A model generated the notes under the pieces. The model had not been told where the DNA came from and searched no databases. It was given only the letters and a program-made list of their open reading frames with translations. From Chrysomallon squamiferum (Eukaryota > Animalia > Mollusca), in NCBI GenBank assembly GCA_012295275.1, contig CM022677.1, positions 11,842,001 through 11,906,000 of the forward strand: a stretch of 64,000 nt of DNA, written 5' to 3'. The translations under genes and the position numbers were made by a program. The number at the start of each line of letters is the position of its first letter. The first letter of the stretch is position 1. Positions 27,513 through 41,389 of the stretch are shown piece after piece.

Positions 27513-29581
27513 GTATGATTTCACTGTGAACATTCAGAAATATAGATGGAGCTTCCGTCTTATAATGTTTTTATTAATAACAGTAGCTTTATATGTGACG
27601 TCAAAAATATATCGAGAAATAAAGAGGACGCATCTAGTGTGATATTTTATAAACACTAGAAACATGTTTCACTGAAAAACTATGATTAACTTTACACAGC
27701 CTTATGAAAACAACACTTGCAGTTTTAACGCGCAGTCACTATCTATATTAGACGTCATTAGTTTCTCAACAAAGGTGTAGCGGTAGTATTAACACATTGG
27801 TTTGGAAAATACAGCGGCTGTTCTTTTTTTGATTAACGATATTAGAGATTATACGTGACAAAAGAACTTGAGATACCGCTACGAAATGTCCGTTTTAGTA
27901 AAAGTAACGTGATATTTTACTTTGATAATTCTAAATCGTACAACAGAAAGGTGTAACACTAGCAGCTGTAAATTATAATTCTATGGCGTTATGAAAATAA
28001 ACGACTTAATTACCTGTAAGAAGAAGAAGGTGAGAATTAATTACCTATAAAAAGAAAAAGTCGATAATTAATTGCTGGCTGAGCAGTGATATTTACAGTT
28101 TGTAGGTGAAGTATGTTGAGAAATGTTAATCTCATATTTTAAAAATATCAGAGTTAATTCCTGGAATCACAAAAGTGTGTACTGATTAGCTGAGAGCAAA
28201 CAAGGTTAAAATGTTATTTTAGTACGCGAATTTTGTTTCATTATATTCATTAAAAGGTCTATATCAGCACAAGTTGTATATTTTACATTTCTTATTATAT
28301 CTGAAGTTCACTTACTACATTAGATATTAAAATAACAACTCCACCAGTATGTATCAATGAGTCAGTGAAGCAGACACCATAGTTGTCAAAGTCCTCCCTT
28401 TGTCAACAGCTAAATAACAAACAACAACAATAATAACACCTTAATATTTTTATTTTTTATTTTTATTTTTCTGTAAAAACGGAGTGCGGATGTAAAAATT
28501 ACTTCGACTTTTTTTTTAGGCCTCGTAATATTATCTGAGAAATCAGATTTATTCTTAGTGTATTGTTTCTGTCGAGATAAAATCTAAATACTTCTTTTTA
28601 AAAAATGATAATAATAATAATAAACTGATTTATGAGAAATCGTGAACTTTTACAAAACCACAGTTGACTATAGAATTTCACTATTCACACAGATAATGTT
28701 ACCCATCGATAAAGAAATAAGACTCGTTTTATAACGTCTGTATTATTTATATGAGAAATTAAAATTACATTAATTAGAGATTATCAGTTATATTAGTAAA
28801 TAAACATGGAATTTCATTCTAGATTAACTTACTTTTTCAGGGTTTAAAAAAATAATCTGATATATTCTTAATTACATAATTTGATAAATTTGAATTTTAG
28901 ATTAATCATGTAATTTCATGTAGGGAGAGATGTAAATTGTGTCGCGAAATGTCATGTTACTGCGGTCATAAAACAAAGTATCACATTTAATTTTCAGTAA
29001 TATCAATACAATATTCATCTAGTGCTTCACGCGCTTCTATACAGTCTTATTATTGTTAATAATAAAATAACTTAATATTAAACACCATAATTTTTCAGTA
29101 TACGATAAGGATATTAATTTGGAAAAAAAGATAGATCTGTTTTTCAATGCACTGTGTTTATATTACAGCTTCACTTTTACTATCAGTATATTGAGTTATA
29201 TACCTCTTTTATTTTTAATAACTGTACACTAATTGTACAAGAACATTTTTTTTTTTTTTTACAAACTCAGCATACTATTAATATTAATGTTGAAAGAAGA
29301 TATTCGTATTTAGATGTGAAGCGGAGATATTAAGCTTCTATCTTACGGTAACTTTACAAAATTATTCAAAATATGAAATTATCCAAATATAACGTTTATA
29401 ATAAAATATTTCCTTTCTCTGAGGCATTGTTTTTCATCACAAAAATTTATCTCAATCTCAGTTTTGTCCTTTAATATTAGCTGCTACTTTCTTTCTGTTT
29501 CAGGTTTCTAAATAAAGACTAAATATTAATTCTAAGCAAGGGTTCTTTTTAATATTATCACCGAAAAATATAGGAGGAAAA

Positions 29582-29623
<42 letters not shown>

Positions 29624-29652
29624 ATGTGTGTGTGTGAATATGTATATATGTG

Positions 29653-29697
<45 letters not shown>

Positions 29698-29710
29698 ATT
29701 TGTGTATATG

Positions 29711-30142
29711 TGCGAATGTGAAAAAGGACTGAGTATTTTTATTGAAATGTACGCAAACTAATAAAAACATGTTCCTAATATCAATTCAGGTCTTTTGTTT
29801 TATGATTTACAGTCAGTGATCAAGTGGGTTAAGAGAATTTACATTATCCTCACTTGAAGAAATCACAGTTATTTTCACATCAGTGTTTACAATAATCATG
29901 TTCTATGAAAAAGGATATATTTTCAGAGATAGGTTTGATGCTGAAGTGTGCAGTTGTTTAACCAACAGAGCATGTTTTTCTGAGACTACCGAGTTCATGA
30001 TTAATAAAGTATAATGAAAATGATAAACAACATTCATAAATTTCTTCACTGGAATATTTAGATTACTGTTACAGAAATGTGTTCAACATTTTTGGTAGAG
30101 ATGTGTATTGCATTCGTAACAGTTCATTCAAATTTATCTTAA
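29711..30142. repeat. About 430-bp element, inverted partner at 40620-41025
   Basis: The reverse complement aligns throughout (aatgtgaaaaaggact..tcaattcaggtcttttgttttatgatttacagtcag..cagttcattcaaatttatcttaa). Confidence 0.92.
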
Positions 30143-30964
30143 TTATTCCTCGAACATTCTGAGCGGGCGCATCACGTATTAAAATATATTATTTTAATTT
30201 CTATTAATGTAAATCAAAACCGTCGTTGCTCCTATCGTTATTGGTGTACTCATTATTCCTTTTCGTGTTTAAAATATTAAAATATATTATCATTATCTCT
30301 GTTACTGTCACCGTCATTAGGGTCGTAACGGCGTTGTGCTCAACGTTCTGGCGTACTTGTCACTATCCTTTTACTTTTTATTAACTATTATTCATATTAT
30401 TCATATACTTTTTTTGCGTTCAAATGCTATACTAAAATGTATTATTACTATTTCTGTTAACATCACCGTAGTTGCTGTCGTTGCTGTACTTCTCATTATT
30501 GTTTTGCGCTTTTTATTAGTCATTACTCATATTTTCTTAGCTATTAAAATATATTATTGTAATTTCTATTAATGTCGCTGTCGTTGCCGTTGTACCGGAT
30601 TGTTCCTAACGCAATTAGAGTGCTTCTCATTGTTCCACTTTGTTTTTTAATCACCTATTATTCTTATTTCTGAGCGTGCCCATCCTGTATTAAAATATAT
30701 TATTAAACACATCTTTATTATTAGTGTGAACGTTGGCGCGCTGCTGTTGAAACCAGCGCTGTCCTTCACGGCTTGGTGTTAATTATTCTTTTTCGCGGTT
30801 TACTACTATTCTTACTTTCTTACAGTGCACATCCTATTTTGAAATACACTATTATTATTACTGATATTACCACTACTCTACCGCTATTTCAACTAATCTG
30901 CCACTGTTTCTTAATCGATACTACCGCTATTACTACCAATGATATTACTGATACTTCTACCATT

Positions 30965-31330
30965 CTGACACTGCTACTTCAGCGATACTACTTCTAGTAC
31001 TACTAATCTGTCTCAGTTACTTCAGTAATATTACTGATACTAGTCTATCACTGTTACTTCAGCGATACTACTGCTATTACTACTAATCTATCACTGTTAC
31101 TTCAGCAATACTACTGCTATTACTACTAATCTATCACTGTTACTTCAGCAATACTACTGCTATTACTACTAATCTGTCACTGTTACTTCAGCAATACTAC
31201 TGATATTACTACTAATCTATCACTGTTACTTCAGCAATACTACTGATATTACTGCTAACTGATTAGTTCAGGAATACTACCTCTATTTCTAGTAATCTGT
31301 TAGGTCAGCAATACAAGTGCTATTACTAGT
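30965..31330. repeat. 43-bp minisatellite ctatcactgttacttcagcaatactactgctattactactaat, about 6-8 copies
   Basis: Direct read. Confidence 0.9.
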
Positions 31331-31761
31331 AATCTCCCAGTCTTATTTCATCAGTACTACTACTATAATACCTGCTGTTATAGTATTACTATTGCAACTA
31401 CTACTACTTACTATTTCTTCTAAGTAGTATTTACTACTATTATTACTGATACTGCTACTTATATTAGCTCTACAGATACTACATATAGTAATAACAGCAG
31501 TTTAAATATTATTGGACTGCATTTCTAAAATATTGTAATAGTATCCCTTGTGCTTTAGAAATTAATATTAAACAGCTTAAACAGCTGTTTATACTTATGT
31601 TTAAATTACCTATCTCTATTCAGAAAAAAAAAAAAAAAATAAAAACATATAAAATACTGCTATAATAAAACAATTACATGTGCTTTAGTATATTAGTAGA
31701 TACAAAACTGATTTTATAAAATTTGAATTAATGTTATTTTCCTTGTGAAATTAGGCGGGCC

Positions 31762-31800
<39 letters not shown>

Positions 31801-32188
31801 GTTGTGTTGTTTTTTTATTATTATTATTATTATTTTTTTTTTTTTTATCTTCTTAATTTTACAGTCTACATGTTCATATCTTGAAATCCTGTATATACGT
31901 TTTACTAAAACTCATACTGATTACAGTATTTCTAATATACATAATTATACGCAAATATATACAATTAGTTCGTGAAAATAGAGAATGATGAAATAAAAAT
32001 GTAAGAACAAATTCACGTTTTTTTTTTTTTTACATTATAGTGTCCGTATACGCCTTTATTGCACAATAATTTCAACAAATAAAATGAAACAAATAAAAGA
32101 CCGGAACACACGTTTAATCATTTGGTTTGTCAGATAGTGTGCAAAATAAGCTGACGTCGAAATATTGAAATTCTTTGACTGACGGTCC

Positions 32189-32837
32189 AGGGGAAGTAAC
32201 TCTAAATAATAAAAATGACAATCCCGCTAAGATAATTCTGCTAAGCAAATTTGTAACTTTAAAAATTATAAAGAAAAACCAAAAATAATTGTCTTTCGAT
32301 GGAAAGTAAAATGCAGGTATAGGATCTAAGTTTATATATTTTATCTACTCACAATGACGTTAACTGAATTCTTAGCCACTTTGAAAAGTTTAATTAAGTT
32401 GAAAAAGTAGTTACTAAAGGCGCAGGAGATCACGGTTTGATATTAGGAACAACCATCCGTATCAGTGTAAATCATAAAATGTTCAGAAAATAGACGTTAA
32501 ATAATTGAATTTGGAAGTTTATTTCTTTTAATTTTTCTGTTTTCTTTAAAGTTATTTTATTGTTTATTTTTGTTAACCTATTTACCATGATTATTGTTTC
32601 TTGTTTTTTTCTACATTGTTATTTCTTCGTAATCTTCTTTTTCTTCTTGTTTGTTCCTCTTGTCTGTATTTATTTTCAGTTATTTTAATGAGCAAGATTT
32701 TTGTAATATTCAATTTACTTATTATTTTCCAGTCTCCCAGTTTCAGTACATAGTTCTTATTCTTCTTTCTTAAGGTTTCTTCATATTTTAAATTCTTAAT
32801 TTTTATTTTTATTATTTTTACTATTTATTCATTTATT

Positions 32838-32873
<36 letters not shown>

Positions 32874-34779
32874 TTTTTTATTATTACTTTTTGTTTTGTT
32901 TTTTGTTGCTACTGACTATTTGTATTCTTCTTAATTTTCTTCTTCATTTCCTAGTTTCTGCTTATTCTTTTATGTTTATCATTATTTGTTATTTACTTAT
33001 TTTTTCCAGACATCACTTCAGTTGTGAGCAGACTTTTTAAAACATTTTTGGCTCATGTTTTCTTTTACACTTAGTTACAGCATTTAACAGTTACAAAACT
33101 GAACATAATAATATTCCTACATTATTCTCAACAGTATTCATGTTTTAATGAAACAAATTACCTAGTAATATCTCAGAGAATTAATATTTCAGTATGCTTT
33201 ATGGTAGATGTTCTGTCTTCCTAACTCAAAACCTGTTTCCATTGATGATGTCATATTTTTAGCATTTGCCACACAAACCGGAACAATAATATTGTTGTAA
33301 ACTTGTATTGTCGTTACACTATCAATATATTTTGTTTTCTGAAAATTACTGCTATTAGTTACTTTTTAGAACCAGTATTATTCCTATAATTTTTTGTTAC
33401 TATTAGTGTATTTTAAAGTTACCAATCATTTGGAAAACAATATTTTATGACAGTTGTATTTATATTTGCAAACATGTTTTCTCTTGATTTCAAGGTCTGC
33501 CCTCTGTTAATATATATATTTTTTTCTATTTTGTTATTTCCACAGAGCTGACATGGGTTTCACATCATTGAAAATGAAACAGCAGTCAGCACCAACAGCA
33601 CCAGTACCATCATTAAACTCGAGACAAACTGACATCACCACACCAACCACTGAAAACTCAAATTGTGCCAAGCATGGAAGATATGGATCCACAGCCACAG
33701 AAAAAGTTCAATCCTGTGATTCAGCTGACTAATCTTCTTGTGAAACTGGAGTTTTTGTTGAAAGCAGCCAGACCAAGACTTAAACTGACACAAGCTTTAC
33801 CACTTAGTCAGATATTAAAATGTTTAAAAAATATTCAGGTAAATATGTCTGTAAATATATCTTAGTCTAACTGTCTGTTTCTCTTTCTGTCTGCCTCCCT
33901 ATTTATTTATTTTATTTCTATTTCTCTTTGCTTTTCTGTTTGTCTGTGTGTATTTCTTTCCTTGAAAATATTCAGATAAATATGTTTGTCTTTCTGAGAA
34001 TCTGTCTATATATCTATTTGTCTCTAATTACTATATACTTATCTGTTTGTCTGTGGGTGTTTCTTTCTGAGAATCAGTCTGTATACCTATGTGTCTACTT
34101 AATATATACTTAACTGTTTGTCCTTCTGTGTGTCAGTCTGTGTCTTTATATCATTTCTTATTTGTTCCTAATCAGCAAATTTCTTTCTTTTTTCTTTCTT
34201 TCTTTTGTCAAAGTTGTAACAAAGAAAGAAAATACTTTATGTAATCTTTAAGTTCTCTTTTGATAATTCTGAACATAAATAGTTTAAGAATCAGCTATTT
34301 AAATAATTCTAAATTTATTTATAGTTTTAATTTATAAAAATACTCTTAAAACAAGTTTTAGTAGACAGTTGATTATTTTTATTTATTTATAAATCTTTCT
34401 ATCTATCTTCTGTATATCTATCTAATGTATGGATGTATCTATCTATCATTTATTTACTTATTTATTAATTTTCTTATTATAATTAATTTATTTAAAATAT
34501 AATCATATTGAATTACATAATATTATTAATTTTTTTATTATTTTATTTTATATTCCAGCCTACTGAATAATTTAGTATTCTATATTTCCATTAATTATTT
34601 TTGTTTATTTACTTATTTTTTAACTAGGTTTTGAATTTATCAGGAAACAGTCTTGGAATCCAGCCTTTCCAAGCTGTGTTAGAACACAACTGTGATCTAT
34701 CTTCCTTAGCCTCACCACCAACAAAACAGACACTGAGAGTGCTGTGAGTAACCTTAATTATAAATGTTATAAAATGTTT

Positions 34780-34835
<56 letters not shown>

Positions 34836-35625
34836 CCAATAACTGTGAAAAATAAATTCTTATTTTCTCTTCTTTTTCATCTTGTTCGTCTTCGTCTTCT
34901 TCTTCTTCTTCTTCTTATTATTATTATTATTATTGTCATTATTATTGTTGTTGGTGCTGTTGTCATTATTATTAGTATATGTAATTGTCCAGTATTATCA
35001 GTTAGCTATTATTGTTATTGTTAGTGTTATTATTAATATTATTGTTATTGTTATTGTTATTATTATCAGTAGTATATGTAATTCTCCAGTAGTAACAGTT
35101 AGCTACTAATATTGCTACTTCTGCTCCTACCACTGTTATCCCATCATTATTACATCTACTACTGCTACTACTGTGATGGCTCCAGTTATTTACTACCTCT
35201 TCTTGTTGTATTTACTACTACCATATGACCTAAGCTAATTCTACCACAGTCACAACTAGTACAGTTACAACTAATACTACAACTATTACCACTATTACTA
35301 CTACTAGAACTATTAATACTAAAACTATTACTACTTCTAGTATTGTTACCACTAATAGCACAACTGCAAATTCTGCTGCCACTGTTACTACTACTACTAC
35401 TACTACAACTACTATTACTGTTACTAATACCAAAACTACTGCAACCAACAGAACAACTGTTATTACTAGTTATATTGCTAGTATTACTACAACTAATACA
35501 ACTACTACTATTTATTATTATTGTTAAAACATGATGATGTCTTCTACTAACTATATTTTAATAATAACAAATACATTATTTTCTGCTTATGTAGATTCTA
35601 CATATTGTAAAATTATTATTATTTA

Positions 35626-35677
<52 letters not shown>

Positions 35678-35837
35678 TGTTTTTATTACAAGCTGGGATC
35701 ACTAATTCATGTACTCAGTTTTTGTCTGATGTTTTCAATCATCCAAAGATGACTGTTTTTCATCTGAATGATGCAAAAGTTAACAACCAAACACTTACTG
35801 TTGAAGGTTAATTTAGATTTAGATTATTATATCTTAT

Positions 35838-35934
<97 letters not shown>

Positions 35935-36132
35935 TTATTTTTTTATTTTCTAACTATTCAGATTTGACAAATTTCTAATTATTAGTTTTTTTCTTCTTTT
36001 TGTTTTTTCTTTTTCTGCTGATAGTTAAAATACAGTTGCCAAGTTTCTTGATACTATTTTTCATTTACTTCAGATATTCCAGAATCCAAACCAAGTTCTC
36101 TGCAGGAATTAAGTCTGAACTCCAGTTGTTTA
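32189..36132. repeat. Right arm of large diverged inverted duplication
   Basis: See partner 21380-26100. Confidence 0.9.
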
Positions 36133-37113
36133 TTAGGTGGTATTAAATATGTAAAAACTGATTGTTTTCTCTCTCTATCTCTCTCTCTCTCTCTTTTTGC
36201 TCCTACACATACTTTCACTCTGTATATTTTTCTTTTCTATTTTTTCTTTATTCATAACTATCAACCTCATTCTGCTTAACACTCTCTCTTTCTTCTCTGT
36301 ATTTTCTTTCTCATTCATTCTTTGTCATTCTATTTGTGTCTGTGTTTGGCATCTCAGTGTATTTGTCATCTGTTGTTGGTATTTAGGGTTAGTTGGTGTG
36401 TTTGTTTCTGAGTTTCTGTCTGTCTGTCTGTCTGTCTATGTGTGTCTATGTATATGCATTTGCTAGCTTTTTCTCTGTGTGTTTCAGTATGTGTTGTGGT
36501 ATATATATATGAAAGATGAATGATTTTTCTTTCTTTTTTTCATTTTTTATCAAGATGAATCTAATCAAAGTTCTGTTGCAAGTCCGGCATACAGCATGAA
36601 GGAAGCTGACAGAGTACAAAGAAACTGTCCACAGAGAAATTTACAAACTTGAAACATGTCAGTTTAAGAAAAGCAGAACCAAACTCTAGCACTTTTGGAC
36701 AATTACCTTTGTTGATGTCACTGACTCACCTAGCAACCATTAACTTAGATGAGTTGAGAACAGCTGGTACAGAGGCAGTGAAAGCCATTTGTGGTCAGTA
36801 GTAGCCATTTGATTCATTAAAAGTAACTGTTACCGATTCATTCTTTATCATTCTATTTGTGTCTGAATCTGGCATTGTAACCATAAACGTTTCTTGATTA
36901 ATCTAATGCTACCAGTCATGTGACAGCTTTAAGTGATGGATGCTCATTGGCTGATACAGATCTTGAGCCTGTCTGTCAAGCAATCAGAAATCCTGTGCTC
37001 AACCTCAAGCTTTCAGCCAATTGGATTACGGATGTGTTAATAACTCAGTTTGTGGAGCCCATGTTGAAACATAAGAAACTTCAACTCAGTGCTCTTGATT
37101 TATCTGATATTCT
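33546..37113 (+). pseudogene. RI-type LRR protein pseudogene, right arm: exons 33546-33838, 34628-34743, 36074-36136, 36555-36793, 36916-37113
   Basis: ..QALPLSQILKCLKNIQ|VLNLSGNSLGIQPFQAVL..; SSLQELSLNSSCL; FTNLKHVSLRK..LTHLATINLDEL; VTALSDGCSLADTDLEPVCQAIRNPVLNLKLSANWITD..LSALDLSD. These are LxxLxLxxNxL motifs. Frameshifts are present and the first exon is deleted. Confidence 0.7.
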
Positions 37114-37319
37114 GTATGTTGTTTTTGTTTATCATAATTACACCTAATGAGCTCCTTTTTTTTTTTTTTGTTGGTCTTTATTTGTTCTTGTTTGTTTCTG
37201 GTTGTTGGTCTAGGTATATTTTTATATGATGATGCAATTATTATAATTATGTAAAGAATACTTTTTTAAATGTTATTTTAATTCTGGAGAGAAGTCAGAC
37301 AATATCATCACCAGATATA

Positions 37320-38390
37320 TGTGTGAGTGAGTGTGTGTATCAGCAATAGTGAAAATTGCTACCACTCAGATAATAGCGTGTGCATGTAATAGTGTGTGTA
37401 TGAGTGTGTGTGTATGAGTGTGTGTGTGTGGGAGTGTGTGTGTGGGAGTGACTGTGTGTGTATCAGCAATAGTGATAATTGCTACTACTCGGATAATAGC
37501 ATGTGCATGTATGAGCGTGTGTGTGTGAGTGTGTGTGTGGGAGTGACTGTGTGTATCAGCAATAGTGTTAATTGCTACTCAGATAATAGTATGTGTGTGT
37601 GTGTGAATGACTGTGTGTGTATCAGCAATAGTTGTAATTGCTACTACTCAGATAATAGTGTGTGTGAATGATTGTGTGTGTATCAGCAATAGTGTTAATT
37701 GCTAGTACTCAGATAATAGTGTGTGTGTGTGTATGTGTGTGTGTATGAATGACTGTGTGTGTATCAGCAATAGTTGTAATTGCTACTACTCAGATAATAG
37801 TGTGCGTGAGTGATAATTGGAACTCGGATAGTGTGTTTGTGTGAGTGTATCAGTAATAGTGATAATTGCTACTACCCAGATAATAGTGTGTGTGTGGGAG
37901 TGAGTGTGTATGGGCAATAGTGATAATTGCTACTACTCAGATAATAGTATGTGTGAGAGTGAGTGATTGTATCAGCAATACTGATAATTGCTACTCAGAT
38001 AGTTGTGTGTTTGTGAGTGAGTGTGTGATAGTGCAATAGTGATAATTGCTACTCAGATAATAGTGTGTGTGAGTGAGTGTGAGTGTATCAGAAATAGTGA
38101 TAATTGCTACTACTCGGATAATAGTGTGTGTGTGTGTGTGAGTGAGTGAGAGTCTGTGTGTGTATCAGCAACAGTGAAAATTGCTTCTCAGGTAATGTGT
38201 GAATGTATGTGTGTGTGTGAGTGAGTGAGTGAATGAGTGTTTATCAGCAGTAGTGAAATTGCTAATAGAAATCAGCAGTAGATAATAGTGTGTTTGTGTG
38301 ATGGAGGGAGCGTGTGTGTATATCAGCAATAGTACTCAGATAATAGTGGGTCTCTCTGAGTGTGTCAGCAATAGTGATAAATAGAGATAA
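37320..38390. repeat. Same complex satellite as 18725-20880, opposite orientation
   Basis: tatcagcaatagtgataattgctactcagataatagt plus (GT)n. Confidence 0.95.
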
Positions 38391-38484
38391 TGTGTGAATG
38401 TGTATGTGTGACTGAGTGAGTCTGTGGAACCAATTATACATTGTGTGTGGATCTTTGGTTCCCTTTTGTGTTGGCATCATTGCC

Positions 38485-38715
38485 TGGTTCCATTCAAAGC
38501 TCAACAGAGCTCTACCCCACCAGCACCCAACATCTACAAGTTTGTAGACCTCATCCAAGGAATTGAGAAGGCAGAGCGGGCCAAAATAATTCAGATCCAG
38601 TTTGGAGGTGTAGGACGTCTCAAGAGACAGTTTGGAGGTGTAGGACGTCTCAAGAGACAGTTGTAGGCTGGAGACAAGACACTTCTCCAGTAACTCGATG
38701 CAGTTGAACACTACT
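38485..38715 (+). mobile_element. MULE/Mutator-type transposase C-terminal remnant with internal 30-bp tandem duplication
   Basis: HSKLNRALPHQHP/NIYKFVDLIQGIEKAERAKIIQIQFGG..RLKRQL*AGDKTLLQ*LDAVEH matches the (EGW)HxxLN..HPNI(Y/W)xF..Q..G..YLxAV tail of MULE transposases. There is a 1-nt frameshift. Confidence 0.7.
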
Positions 38716-38853
38716 GTTGTTTCTGTTGCTGTTACAACTGCTGTTCCTGCTCCTCCTCCTCCTACTACTACTACAATTACTACTACCACAGCTACTACTA
38801 CTATTACTACTACTACTACTACTATCACTACTACTACTGCTTTAATTTTCCAG

Positions 38854-38949
38854 AATGCAGTTACTTGTTCAAACAGAGGAATAGCATGGATACTGATGTC
38901 TGATTGTGTATCTGTAGACAAGGCTATAGATTACTACAACAGAGGAGAG
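38854..38949 (+). pseudogene. Orphan TPR-like exon (NAVTCSNRGIAWILMSDCVSVDKAIDYYNRGE)
   Basis: Bounded by ttttccag|..|gtattc, 96 nt, phase 0-0. The A..SNRG.A....KAI.YY pattern is TPR-like. No convincing partner exons. Confidence 0.45.
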
Positions 38950-40619
38950 GTATTCCATTTAAATCATCAATGTTTGATTAATTGTATATAAATGTAATTT
39001 GGTTTACCTACTACTCCCAATCTGTCAGTATCTCGCTCTTTATGCGTGTGTGTGTGTATGTGTGTGTTACATCTGCTATTAACTATATATCTATTTACCA
39101 GTGTATGTCTGCAATAATCTGTCTGTCTGTCTGTCTGGTTGTCTACATCATCAACCTAACAATCTACCCAATATCTGCCAGCTCTAAATAAACTTACTTT
39201 CTGAATAAATACATCTATGTACCTCTGTATTCTTTTGTTTTATATTTGTCTGTCTTTCTAACATGCCATCTGTCTTTAAGCTGTGACTTTATGTAACTTT
39301 GCTTGTTTATCTATATATCTACCTATTCTATCAAAGTCTATGTATGTCTAAACATATAATCTGTAAATATCTGTTTTGACAATTTTTTCTGTAAATATTT
39401 ATCCCAACTTTAACATTGCTCTTTAACACTAACAATGATTAATATGAATAATTAAAAAAATGTGTTTATTGTTATCTACATATTTGGACAATCAGTGATA
39501 GTGTCAAGAATTAACATAAAAGTTAATGATGTTAAAAGTACAGAACTGGAGGCAAAAGTCAGGTATAGTGATGATGTCGTAATATTTTTATTTCTCTCTC
39601 ACTATCTCTGATTCTCTCTTTCACTGTCTTTCTTTCTTTCATTGTCTTTCCCTGTTCACAAAGTGTATTTGCATAATTATGATGCCTAGGTTTAAACAAA
39701 GTAGTTTGTTTTTGCCTTGATGCACATTGAAAGGCTCACATGTAACAAAAAATAAATAAATAAATAAATAAAAAATAATAAAATAATGGTAACAGATTAA
39801 AAAAATTAAAAATTAAAAAACATATTCTTTCATTTGTAATTATGTGTATTGCTATCATGTGCTCATAAAATGATGTCAGTTCTTTTTGTGAAATGGACAG
39901 GGATGAAAGCTTATGTTTAAATAACTGTGAAATTTTGGATAACCATTGTTTTTACAAACTATACGAATGAATGAATGAATGTTTAGAATGAATGTTTAGA
40001 ATGAATGAATGAATGTCAATTCTACTTCATAGAAAATGATTTTAAAAATGCTCTAAAGAAAATTGTCTGCCATCCTGTTTGTATGCTTTTTTAATACACT
40101 GTTCAAATTTTCTGATACACAGAATAACATGATAAAATATTCTGTTAATTCACACACACTGATACTGATATTTATGTGCTGATAAAATACACAGACCAAA
40201 GTTTATAAAGGAAATCATATTTTTATTAGATTTTTGTGATCTTTATCTTTGTTGTTTTCGTTGAAGTGTTTCTCTTTCTCATTATTTTAAAATACCATAC
40301 AATTCTATGACTATCTGTTTGAGAAATTTTACTTGGTAACTGTTGATTTTTTATTTCAGGCAGTGTGTGAGAGAAAAAAATAAATGGAAAGTGTTATATG
40401 GTAGAGGAGCAAGAGAACATTTGTGATATTTTATCATCACACAAATATGTTAACACACCACACCCTAGATCTGTACCTGCTGTCTTCTGTACAGAGAAAT
40501 ATCTATTTAACTTACACTTGTTGTTTAGATGTTATAATTACTAATGTTGATATTTATTAAAATAAATATAATATTTTTCATTTTCTGTTATTGCCTTGTT
40601 TTTCATTATTAATGCATTT

Positions 40620-41025
40620 TTAAGATAAATTTGAATGAACTGTTATGAATGAAATAAACATCTCTACCAAAAACTTTGAACGCATTTCTGTAACAGTAGT
40701 CTAAATTTTCCACATAAGAAATTTGAGAATGTTGTTAATCTTGAACTTGGTATTCACAGAAAAACAGTTCTGTGTTGGTTAAACAAGTGCACACTTCACC
40801 ATCAAACCCATCTCTGAAGCTGTATCCTTTTTCATAGAACATGATTATTGTAAACACTCGTGTGAAAACAACTGTGATTTCTTCAAGTGAGGATAATGTA
40901 AATTCTCTTAACCCACTTGATCGCTGACTGTAAATCATAAAACAAAAGACCTGAATTGATATAAGGAACATGTTTTTGTTTGCGTACATTTCAATAAAAA
41001 TATTGAGTCCTTTTTCACATTTGCA
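40620..41025. repeat. Inverted partner of 29711-30142
   Basis: Reverse-complement alignment. Confidence 0.92.
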
Positions 41026-41389
41026 GTTTACAAAAGGCATTTTTCTTACACATTCATATTCACTAGAAATATGTTTTAAATTTTGTTGTAAAAGAAAGTA
41101 ATAGTAAATAACAGGAGATAAAATATAATAAAATGATGACAATTCGATTTAAACACTGGAATAATATTTACATTATGAAAAATTAGAATGTAATTTGATA
41201 TTCAGTCTTATCTACAAACACATATTATTTTTGTCTACATCCATGGTTATGAATTATAAAGGATTTATTGATTTATTTATTGATTTATTTATTTTTAAAC
41301 TTTTCTACCCAGTGTTACTACACTTGAAAAGTTTTAATATGTTCTTTTCTTCATTTGTGCACGATGCATACAGCTGTCAGTTTTAAACA

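Noticed and set aside
40735-41142. 135-aa minus-strand ORF
   Set aside because: Lies in the 430-bp inverted repeat. The partner copy has a stop and indels, and no domain is recognisable.
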